A stretch of 64,000 nt of DNA, taken from the IMG/VR virus record IMGVR_UViG_3300044633_000899, positions 186,001-250,000 of that record; one strand, 5' to 3'. The notes under the pieces were generated by a model. That model did not search any database, was not told where the DNA came from, and worked only from the letters and a program-made list of their open reading frames with translations. A program made the translations under genes and the position numbers. Positions within the stretch are counted from its first letter, which is position 1, and each line of letters opens with the position of its first letter. Shown in pieces: positions 19,837-28,074 of the stretch.

Positions 19837-20307
19837 TTAAATTATTTTTTTTATTATTTCGTTTATCCTATTTAGACTTTCTGTTATTTTTAAATCATCA
19901 ATAGGTCCTTTATGTGGATCTGTTTGGTTTGGTAAATTTGCCAACCAACCAAGATCTTTTGTTAAACGTGGATCCAACTCTTGATCCGCATATTCTTTTT
20001 TTATCGTTTGATCTAACTTATCACCATTTCTTAACGAGTCTAACGTATTGTTAACCCATGCTAACATTGTGTCTGACCCATTTAAAATATAAGGTGCGTC
20101 TGTTTTATCACCACCGTAATTATCAAAATAGTTTTTAATTCTACCCAATTGTTGGTAGGTTGCATAACCATTAGTTCGTAAATCTAAATTACGATTGTGA
20201 CCTTCGGTGTTTGCATCGGAACTCGGTATCTTAATAAAACAAAGATAAAGGTGATCCAATATTTCTTTCGGTATTTGTATTTGTTTATCGTATAAATTAC
20301 TGTTCAT
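19837..20307 (-). CDS. Hypothetical protein
   Basis: Co-oriented ORF overlapping the upstream stop. Confidence 0.6.
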   Translation of the reverse strand: MNSNLYDKQIQIPKEILDHLYLCFIKIPSSDANTEGHNRNLDLRTNGYATYQQLGRIKNYFDNYGGDKTDAPYILNGSDTMLAWVNNTLDSLRNGDKLDQTIKKEYADQELDPRLTKDLGWLANLPNQTDPHKGPIDDLKITESLNRINEIIKKII

Positions 20308-21277
20308 TGTTTTTTAACTTTTTAAATAAGTTATTTATATTAATCCCCTCTTTATCCGCAATCTTTTTTACTGATTCTAAATTCCTAACCAATATTTTTT
20401 CAATTGGGCTATTTTCATTTTCACCCTCTTTATCAACAATATCTGAATCCTTTTTCTTTTTTGATAATAGAATTTCGTCAATCATTGATGTCATCTTTTC
20501 TTTTTCCAATTCGGTTAATCTTTTTTTTGTAAAACAATTTTTACATTGTCCATTCTTTTTTTGATTAATTAATTGTTTATCTAATGTTTTATCAAAACCA
20601 AATGTTTTACATCTCTCATCTCTTTCAGTAAAATCATCAACACCCAATTGTTCCATTGTTTCCATACATTCTTTGTATGTTTTGTCGTTTTCTGTTTCTT
20701 CATCACCAAACGCCCCCGACATATCTTCTTCATCAAGAACATTACCTTCTTTTTCTTCTGATTCACCATAATAAACCCTAACAAATGGAAACTGACTTAC
20801 TCTAGTCATTCTAACTGTTTGGTCTGTTGTTTTATGGGGTGTCATATTCTGTTGAACGATTGGTGTAAAAGAACCTGAAAATGACCCATCTGCCCCAACC
20901 AATTCTTCAATTTCACCACTTTGTTTTTCAACCTCTTTATGTTTTTCGGGTAACTCACTTGTAAGTTTAATACCCAATTTTTTACCTAACATAACTAAAA
21001 ATGGCGTTGCCAATGTTGACCCTGGAAATATCTGGATAACAATTAATGGTATTAATTTTAACACATCTTTTGATTGATCCTTGATAAATTGTTTTTCTTC
21101 ATCATCTAACACAATAGTCTTGTTTTTTAAATATTGTTTCGCAGCCGAAATAATAAGTTTAACAAGTAATCTCGTTTCTTTAAACTCCTTTACCGCAGTG
21201 TCTTTATACTGTTTAATTTGCGAAGTCACTTCGTCAACCTTAGTATTTTTTATTTGTGTAAAATTTTTCTTTTCCAT
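20297..21277 (-). CDS. Protein with a LETM1-like N-terminal segment
   Basis: FIKDQSKDVLKLIPLIVIQIFPGSTLATPFL resembles the LETM1 helix-Pro motif. TATTTAT lies upstream (21309-21315). Confidence 0.45.
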   Translation of the reverse strand: MEKKNFTQIKNTKVDEVTSQIKQYKDTAVKEFKETRLLVKLIISAAKQYLKNKTIVLDDEEKQFIKDQSKDVLKLIPLIVIQIFPGSTLATPFLVMLGKKLGIKLTSELPEKHKEVEKQSGEIEELVGADGSFSGSFTPIVQQNMTPHKTTDQTVRMTRVSQFPFVRVYYGESEEKEGNVLDEEDMSGAFGDEETENDKTYKECMETMEQLGVDDFTERDERCKTFGFDKTLDKQLINQKKNGQCKNCFTKKRLTELEKEKMTSMIDEILLSKKKKDSDIVDKEGENENSPIEKILVRNLESVKKIADKEGININNLFKKLKNNEQ

Positions 21278-21346
21278 TTTATCGTGAGTTCTATTTTGAA
21301 TTTTTTATATAAATACTTTGGTTTGTAGTATTTATCTATAAAAGAA

Positions 21347-24300
21347 ATGGCACAACAGAATATTAATCAATATGCTTATCAAAAATCTAGATTAAACCTA
21401 GAATATGATAGTATGGATATGTCATTAACTTCAGATGAAAGAGATTATAGTGAAGAAGTTGTTTTCTCGCCTTTTCTTATCGCACAAACATATGGTAAAA
21501 AATTACCAATTAATATTGATATTGATAATTTTTTAACAACACAACCTTTAAATCTTACATATAAAAATTATAACCAAAATAATATTTTTGTATCACAAAA
21601 TTATTACAACCCAAACAATGAGGTTTTAAATTGTTTAACCGCCGATACTGTTTGTGATATTGGTTTAACAGGTATTGATAATGGTTTAGTCAATAAAATG
21701 ACAGGTGAAACGTTAAATTTTACTGAGGGTATATTTGAGGATTCAGTTAAGTTTGATAGATTACATTATGACAGACGATTTAAAATGATTCAAGTCACAG
21801 GATATACTGGAATGTATGAACAATTTTCAGGTGTAACTGGTCAAACATTATACGAGGTTGTTAGTAAAAATGATCCAACTATTGGTAGATACCACGAATT
21901 ATATGGTGGCTTTTACCAAGGATTTTATAAATTATTTGGGTATGATTATGAGATATTACCTGAAAGGGTAACAAAAGGTTGGACCATTGAAATGGTTTTA
22001 AAACCTAGGTTGGAAAACGAATATCAACCAAATTCGGGTGAAACAACATTGAATATGTTATACCCCCAAAATAAAAATATGTTTTTTTACTTGGGTACTA
22101 GAGCAGAAAATAAATTTTATCATTATGCTGATGGTTCACCAAAATGTTTTACTGGTTACACAAGAACAACAACACCATTAGCAAATTGTGTTCAAACTTG
22201 CGCTTGTTGTGATAGAAACATAACAAATAGTAGATGTGTTTATTTATATCCACCAAGATCAAAAGATAACCAACACGACCCCCATTTAAACTATGGTTGT
22301 AACACTTGTAACGGTGATAATGAAAAAAAATTAACTTGTGGTTGTGGATGTGGTGAATCACCTTGTGACACTTGTGGTTGGGAATGTCAAACACATAATT
22401 GTCCTATAATTATTGAACCAACACCGACACCAACACCCGTACCGACCTCAACACCGACTTGTGAGAACACAACACCCGTTTGTACACCAAGTTGTACCAC
22501 TTGTGAAACGTGTACCGATTGTGTTGGTTGTAACACAAATGGTTTTACATCAATTGAGGACACTTGTGAGAAAGATCCATTATTTGATTTAATGTCAAAT
22601 AATATTGCGTTTAAATTATGTGGTGACCCAAAGAACCCATCAATTGGTGTTAAAGTTTTACGTTTTACTGGTGGTTGTGAAACAACTGGGACTTGTACAT
22701 CAGGACAAACATATTTAACCGGTTACACAATTGATGAGTATTGTTCACCACCAATTTATCCAAGATGTCAAAAAGAAAATCCGTCTTGGTTAAATTTGGA
22801 ACATTGGTTTCAAGTGGACGTTACTTGGTCACGTTATACCGATTTTGATTATTGCGACTTAAAATACTTTGGTGGTTTAAGCGATATTACAACAATCACC
22901 CCGTTGGATTCATTAGCAAATAACACCGTTAATTTAATACAACCACCATTGACACATATAAATGAGTTTGGTGAGACAATTGAGATTGTTAATTTAAATC
23001 AAAAATGGTTAGAAGAAAAAAAATATAGATTAGGTAGATTAAAAATTTATGTTAATGGTAAACCGATTTACACCTTAGAAAATTTTGAGGAAGTAATACC
23101 AAGAGCGTTAAACACAGATAAAGAAAAACAATTAGGTGTACCATTTAACATTTCTTGGGGTGGTGGAACACAGGGACTTCACGAGAATTTAACATTTTCA
23201 TCTTGTTCTGGATTAACAAGTGGTTACACACAAGATCCAGAATTGTTTCCAACATCAACATTAAGTGGGACAACATTCTCAGGGTTGACAACAAATATCT
23301 TATTGGAAAAAGAATTTGGTGGAACATTTGAAGGTGCAATATCACAATTTAGAATGTATGTTGAACCATTAAGTGGGGATGAGGTTAAACATAATTTTAA
23401 TATTTTAAAAAATAAATTTGGGATGTTTGATCCAGATTGTCCAGATTGTGGTGATGATTTCTGTGAGGTAGATGATTTCACTTTTGAGATAGTTACAACA
23501 ACAACCACACAACTTCCAACGCCAACACCTAGTGTTACTCCAACTGTTACACCAACTGTTACACCAACACCAACGCCGTCAATGCCAATGTTTGAATTAG
23601 ACCTTACAATTGACGTGACAATAACATCAGGTAGTGTTATTGCTAATGTTGTCGTAACAAATAATACACCAGTAATTCGTGATACAACCGTTAGTTTTGT
23701 GAAGAACTTAGTGTTTGAAGATGATAGGATTGTACCTATTAATATTACAGTATTAATACCACAAGGACAAACATCAATAACGAAACAAATCATTATTGAT
23801 GAAGATTATGATAAATTAACAGAAGATACAAATATTGATATACCAGTAATTGATGTCCACGGTATTGATAATGAACAAATTGTTATTACTGAGACTAGAC
23901 AAATACATTATGAGATACCTGTTAAACCTGGTAAGGTAACCCCAACCCCAACACCGACTAATACACCAACCCCAACACCAACAAGTACACCGACAAGTAC
24001 ACCAATACCGACAAACACACCAACACCAACAAGCACATCTGTTGTTGTGTTACCAACTGTTTATTATGGTAAATATTTAAAACAAAATTTTGATGTTGAT
24101 GATTTAAATTTGTTGGGTACGATTGAAACAAACGAGATTGTGAATAATTATTTAATGTACGCGGCAGTTAACGGTTATTGTTATATGTTAATACCAAATA
24201 CAATGCAACAACCAACAATATTTAGAAATAGTAATGATGGTTGTAGTGGATTTATTATACCGTTCGTAAAAGTTGATGAAATAACAATCATTGATTCTCA

Positions 24301-24379
24301 CGGACAAAATATTATATATTATGTATATAGATCTTTTGTATCAACAAAAGCAAATGTTGATGTATGGATCTGTGATTGA
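21347..24379 (+). CDS. 1010-aa Cys-rich, Pro/Thr-tract virion protein with LamG/concanavalin-like segments
   Basis: WTIEMVLKP, LKIYVNG and FEGAISQFRMY (LamG-like), CxxC clusters and three (PT)n tracts. Confidence 0.6.
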   Translation: MAQQNINQYAYQKSRLNLEYDSMDMSLTSDERDYSEEVVFSPFLIAQTYGKKLPINIDIDNFLTTQPLNLTYKNYNQNNIFVSQNYYNPNNEVLNCLTADTVCDIGLTGIDNGLVNKMTGETLNFTEGIFEDSVKFDRLHYDRRFKMIQVTGYTGMYEQFSGVTGQTLYEVVSKNDPTIGRYHELYGGFYQGFYKLFGYDYEILPERVTKGWTIEMVLKPRLENEYQPNSGETTLNMLYPQNKNMFFYLGTRAENKFYHYADGSPKCFTGYTRTTTPLANCVQTCACCDRNITNSRCVYLYPPRSKDNQHDPHLNYGCNTCNGDNEKKLTCGCGCGESPCDTCGWECQTHNCPIIIEPTPTPTPVPTSTPTCENTTPVCTPSCTTCETCTDCVGCNTNGFTSIEDTCEKDPLFDLMSNNIAFKLCGDPKNPSIGVKVLRFTGGCETTGTCTSGQTYLTGYTIDEYCSPPIYPRCQKENPSWLNLEHWFQVDVTWSRYTDFDYCDLKYFGGLSDITTITPLDSLANNTVNLIQPPLTHINEFGETIEIVNLNQKWLEEKKYRLGRLKIYVNGKPIYTLENFEEVIPRALNTDKEKQLGVPFNISWGGGTQGLHENLTFSSCSGLTSGYTQDPELFPTSTLSGTTFSGLTTNILLEKEFGGTFEGAISQFRMYVEPLSGDEVKHNFNILKNKFGMFDPDCPDCGDDFCEVDDFTFEIVTTTTTQLPTPTPSVTPTVTPTVTPTPTPSMPMFELDLTIDVTITSGSVIANVVVTNNTPVIRDTTVSFVKNLVFEDDRIVPINITVLIPQGQTSITKQIIIDEDYDKLTEDTNIDIPVIDVHGIDNEQIVITETRQIHYEIPVKPGKVTPTPTPTNTPTPTPTSTPTSTPIPTNTPTPTSTSVVVLPTVYYGKYLKQNFDVDDLNLLGTIETNEIVNNYLMYAAVNGYCYMLIPNTMQQPTIFRNSNDGCSGFIIPFVKVDEITIIDSHGQNIIYYVYRSFVSTKANVDVWICD

Positions 24380-24399
24380 TAAAAAAAAATTATATGTAA

Positions 24400-24891
24400 A
24401 TGTCAAATTTTGAACTAATAGGTGGTATTGGTATTATGGGTTTTATAAGTCCTATGAACACAGAAGATACCTATGCTGTTATAGACCCAATATATGGTGT
24501 TGATGGATTGAGAAATGTGTCAGCGGTTGAGGATTTGAATTTAATTTCCGTTGAGAGAAGACGACCAGGGATGATTGTTGGTGTAAATGGGGGTGATGTT
24601 TATTATAAATTAAAAAGTTTGGACGATTGGTCGTTTGATATTGGTGATTGGTTAGAGTTAGATTTATCAAAAATAACACACATTGACAAAGAAAAACCGA
24701 ATGGTATTATTGATGGTATAAACAACAGTTTTATTCTAAATAATAACCCAATACCAGGATCCGAACATATCTATTTAAATGGGTTATTACAAGATGATGA
24801 AGATGATTATCAAATTGAATATAACACAATAATTTTTAATGAACCACCAAGTATTGGTATGAAAATTAAATGCTCATATAGAACATCATAA
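24400..24891 (+). CDS. Tail-fibre module protein
   Basis: The N-terminus (RRRPGMIVGV) is homologous to that of 35382. The C-terminus (IDGINNSF...IYLNGLLQ..DDY) is homologous to the end of 25423. Confidence 0.65.
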   Translation: MSNFELIGGIGIMGFISPMNTEDTYAVIDPIYGVDGLRNVSAVEDLNLISVERRRPGMIVGVNGGDVYYKLKSLDDWSFDIGDWLELDLSKITHIDKEKPNGIIDGINNSFILNNNPIPGSEHIYLNGLLQDDEDDYQIEYNTIIFNEPPSIGMKIKCSYRTS

Positions 24892-24956
24892 AAAAAAATA
24901 AAAAAAATGTTGTTTTTAAGAAACAACGATATTTATCTAATAAAAGGAAAAATAAA

Positions 24957-25187
24957 ATGGAACAAGAAAAATATACAACATCAGATTTATATTTAGCGGC
25001 GTTTTTACGATTAAAAGGGAATAAAATGTTGGTTGAGAAAAATAAAAGTAAAGCAATCTTTGTTTTTGAAAAAACTGATGATTTGATGGTATTAATTAAC
25101 GATTATTTAAATGAAAATGGTTCTTGTTCACCATTACTTTATACTAATTCTATTAAAAATTTAAAAAATTTAATATATAATTTATAA
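24957..25187 (+). CDS. Small DUF5659-like protein
   Basis: YTTSDLYLAAFL...F.F pattern recalled for DUF5659. TATTTAT lies upstream (24930-24936). Confidence 0.55.
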   Translation: MEQEKYTTSDLYLAAFLRLKGNKMLVEKNKSKAIFVFEKTDDLMVLINDYLNENGSCSPLLYTNSIKNLKNLIYNL

Positions 25188-25422
25188 TTTTTTTGAACTT
25201 TACTAAAGTTCGTGATATTTATATATAACAAACTGGTTAAATCCAGTATATATTAATATCTTATATTTATCATCTTATTTACATTTGTCTATTATTACGT
25301 GATTTAGTTTCTTTAAATCAGGTCTAAATTTGTATTTAAATTTATCGGTCAAAATAAAAAATCAAATTGATTTTTATCGGTGTAACGAACACATATAATA
25401 AACAAAAAAAAATAATTTTTTT

Positions 25423-27975
25423 ATGTCTACAACTAAAATTGTATTAAATAGACAGTCCGATTTAATTTTGGACAACGCACAAATAACAGCACCAGTTGGT
25501 ATCGTTGTTGCCGATATTGATGGTTTACAATCAGCAATTACGTCAATCGACACAAACATTTCAACTGAAACATCTCGTGAAGTTTCTAGTCGTATTTCTG
25601 GTGATGAATCAGTAGATACTAAATTATCAACAGAAATCAGTGATAGAACTGCTGCCGTATCTACTGAAGCATCTGCAAGAGTTGCTGGTGATGAGTCACT
25701 TGCTGCAAATTTATCTTCTGAAGTTGTTAATAGAGAAGCTGATGTTGATGCTGAAGAATCTCGTTCAATCGTTGCTGAAACTTCATTACAAAACAACATT
25801 ACTGCTGAAGCATCTTTAAGAGTTGTTGGTGATGAAAGTTTGGAAGCGGCAATGGAAGCTGCTGATGAAGCAATTATTAGTGATTTAGAAGGTGAAGCAT
25901 CAACTCGTTTGGCTGCTGACCAGTCTTTAAACACTAAGATTGATTACGTTATCTCTAACACTGACCCAGCTGCTTTGGATTCATTAACAGAAATCGTTAA
26001 TGCTTTTCAATCAATGGATGGTGATTTAGAAAATACCATTAGTGAACTTGCAACTAACGCATCTATCGCAACATCTGCTGAAGCGTCAATCCGTTTGGCT
26101 GCTGACCAGTCTTTAGCGTCTGATTTATCAACTGAAATCGTTGATAGAGTTGCTGGTGTATCTTTAGAGGAGGCTGCTAGAATTTCTGGTGATGCTTCTG
26201 TTGTTGCTGATTTGTCAACTGAAACTTACAACAGAGAAGTTGCTGTAAGTGCTGAGGCTTCTGCAAGAGTATCTGGTGATGCTTCTTTAGCTTCTGATTT
26301 ATCAACTGAAACTGTTAATCGTGAGAGTGCAGTATCTGCTGAAGAATCTGCTCGTATTTCTGGTGATGTTTCTTTGGATGCTAAAATTTCTACTGACTTG
26401 TCAACTGCTAACGCATCTGTTGAGGCTGCTTTATCAACTGAAATTTCTGAAAGAACTGCTGATGTTGATGCTGAAGAATCTCGTGCAATGAGTGCTGAGG
26501 CTGTATTAACTGCTGACTTATCTGCTGAAGTTTCTAACAGAACTGCTGATGTTGACGCTGAAGAAAGTAGAGCGACAAGTGCTGAATTAGTATTAACTAA
26601 TGATTTAAGTGCTGAAGTTTCTAACCGTATTGCTGATGTTAATGCTGAAGAAAGTAGAGCAATGAGTGCTGAATTAGTATTGACTAATGACTTATCTACT
26701 GAAGTTTCTAACCGTATTGCTGATGTTGATGCTGAAGAAAGTAGAGCAATGAGTGCTGAGTTAGTATTGACTAACGCTGTAAGTGCTGAAGTTTCTAACA
26801 GAACTGCTGATGTTGATGCTGAAGAGTCAAGAGCAATGAGTGCTGAGGCTGTATTGGCTAATGACTTAATTGCTGAAATTTCTGATAGAGGTGTTGCCGT
26901 ATCTAATGAAGCGTCAACTCGTTTGGCTGCTGACCAATCTTTGGCTGCTAATATTTCTGCTGAAGCGTCTCGTATTGATGTTATCCTTGATGGTTCTGAT
27001 GTTGATTTAGACCAATTTGCTGAAATCGTTGAATTCGTTAACGGAATTGATTTAGAAAATGATAACGCATTGTTGTCTGCAATGACATCTTTCGGTGCTG
27101 ATTTAGACGCTGAAGAATCTCGTGCAATGAGTGCTGAATTAGTATTAACTAATGACCTTTCTGCTGAAGTTTCTAACAGAACCGCTGACGTTGATGCTGA
27201 AGAATCTCGTGCAATGAGTGCTGAATTAGTATTGACTAATGATTTAAGTGCTGAAGTATCTAACAGAGAAGTTGGTGTATCTACTGAAGAGTCTGCTAGA
27301 ATTTCTGGTGATGCTTCTATCGCAGCTAATTTAAGTGCTGAAGAATCTGCTCGTATTGCTGCTGACGCTTCAATCGCTGCTGATTTATCTTCTGAAATTG
27401 AAGGTTTGGCTGATACTGATGAATTAACAATTGAACTTAATACTGTAACGAATAAAATCCAAATGAAGGATGTTGTTGCTGCTGGTTCTGAAGGTTTAAG
27501 AACTTTTGAAGGTGACATTGAAGTAAATGGTATTCTTACTGTTGATGGTGTTGATGTAATGGCTGAAATTTCTTCTGAAATTTCTCGTGCTGAAGCTGCT
27601 GAAGATTCAATCGCTACAGAATTGTCAACTCAAGTTTCTTACTTAATCTCAAACATTGATGTAACTGAAATCGATTCATTCAGTGAAATCGTTGAAAACT
27701 TATCAAATGAAGTTGTAAGAGCTGAAAGTGCTGAATTAAGTTTGGCTGATGATTTTGAAAACATTTATTTCAAGAAAGTTGCTGTTGCTGGAACGGTTGA
27801 TGGTACAAATGACGAGTTTACACTTGCAAGTGCTGTTAGAACTGATTCAGAGGTAATTTACTTGAACGGTTTGTTACAAGTTATTGGTGATGATTACACT
27901 ATTGATGGTGCAACATTAACTTTTGTTGCTGCACCTGAAACTGGTGATAAAGTTGCTGCTTATGGTATGTACTAA
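25423..27975 (+). CDS. Long coiled-coil tail fibre/shaft protein with 29-aa repeats
   Basis: Repeats of LSAEVSNRTADVDAEESRAMSAELVLTND, three LDSLTEIV-type interruptions and a C-terminal beta domain. Confidence 0.7.
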   Translation: MSTTKIVLNRQSDLILDNAQITAPVGIVVADIDGLQSAITSIDTNISTETSREVSSRISGDESVDTKLSTEISDRTAAVSTEASARVAGDESLAANLSSEVVNREADVDAEESRSIVAETSLQNNITAEASLRVVGDESLEAAMEAADEAIISDLEGEASTRLAADQSLNTKIDYVISNTDPAALDSLTEIVNAFQSMDGDLENTISELATNASIATSAEASIRLAADQSLASDLSTEIVDRVAGVSLEEAARISGDASVVADLSTETYNREVAVSAEASARVSGDASLASDLSTETVNRESAVSAEESARISGDVSLDAKISTDLSTANASVEAALSTEISERTADVDAEESRAMSAEAVLTADLSAEVSNRTADVDAEESRATSAELVLTNDLSAEVSNRIADVNAEESRAMSAELVLTNDLSTEVSNRIADVDAEESRAMSAELVLTNAVSAEVSNRTADVDAEESRAMSAEAVLANDLIAEISDRGVAVSNEASTRLAADQSLAANISAEASRIDVILDGSDVDLDQFAEIVEFVNGIDLENDNALLSAMTSFGADLDAEESRAMSAELVLTNDLSAEVSNRTADVDAEESRAMSAELVLTNDLSAEVSNREVGVSTEESARISGDASIAANLSAEESARIAADASIAADLSSEIEGLADTDELTIELNTVTNKIQMKDVVAAGSEGLRTFEGDIEVNGILTVDGVDVMAEISSEISRAEAAEDSIATELSTQVSYLISNIDVTEIDSFSEIVENLSNEVVRAESAELSLADDFENIYFKKVAVAGTVDGTNDEFTLASAVRTDSEVIYLNGLLQVIGDDYTIDGATLTFVAAPETGDKVAAYGMY

Positions 27976-27997
27976 ACATTAAAAAGTAAGTATATTT

Positions 27998-28033
27998 AAA
28001 AGGTTGGGAGAGTAAAACCTCTCAACCTTTTTT
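27998..28033 (+). terminator. Intrinsic terminator after the fibre gene
   Basis: AAAAGGTTGGGAG / CTCTCAACCTTTT stem with one G-U pair, followed by Ts. Confidence 0.8.
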
Positions 28034-28074
28034 AATAATTAACAAAATAACAACTTAAAAAAAAAATAAAAATT

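Noticed and set aside
23224-23793. 189-aa antisense ORF with GVGVGV repeats, and similar ORFs at 34748, 38833, 40200 and 45272
   Set aside because: They are antisense translations of (PT)n or Gly/Thr-rich coding sequence.
25374-27518. Long antisense ORFs (186 aa and 430 aa) opposite the coiled-coil fibre gene
   Set aside because: These are shadow ORFs caused by the biased GCT/GAA/TCT codons and repeats of the + strand gene. They show no independent motifs.
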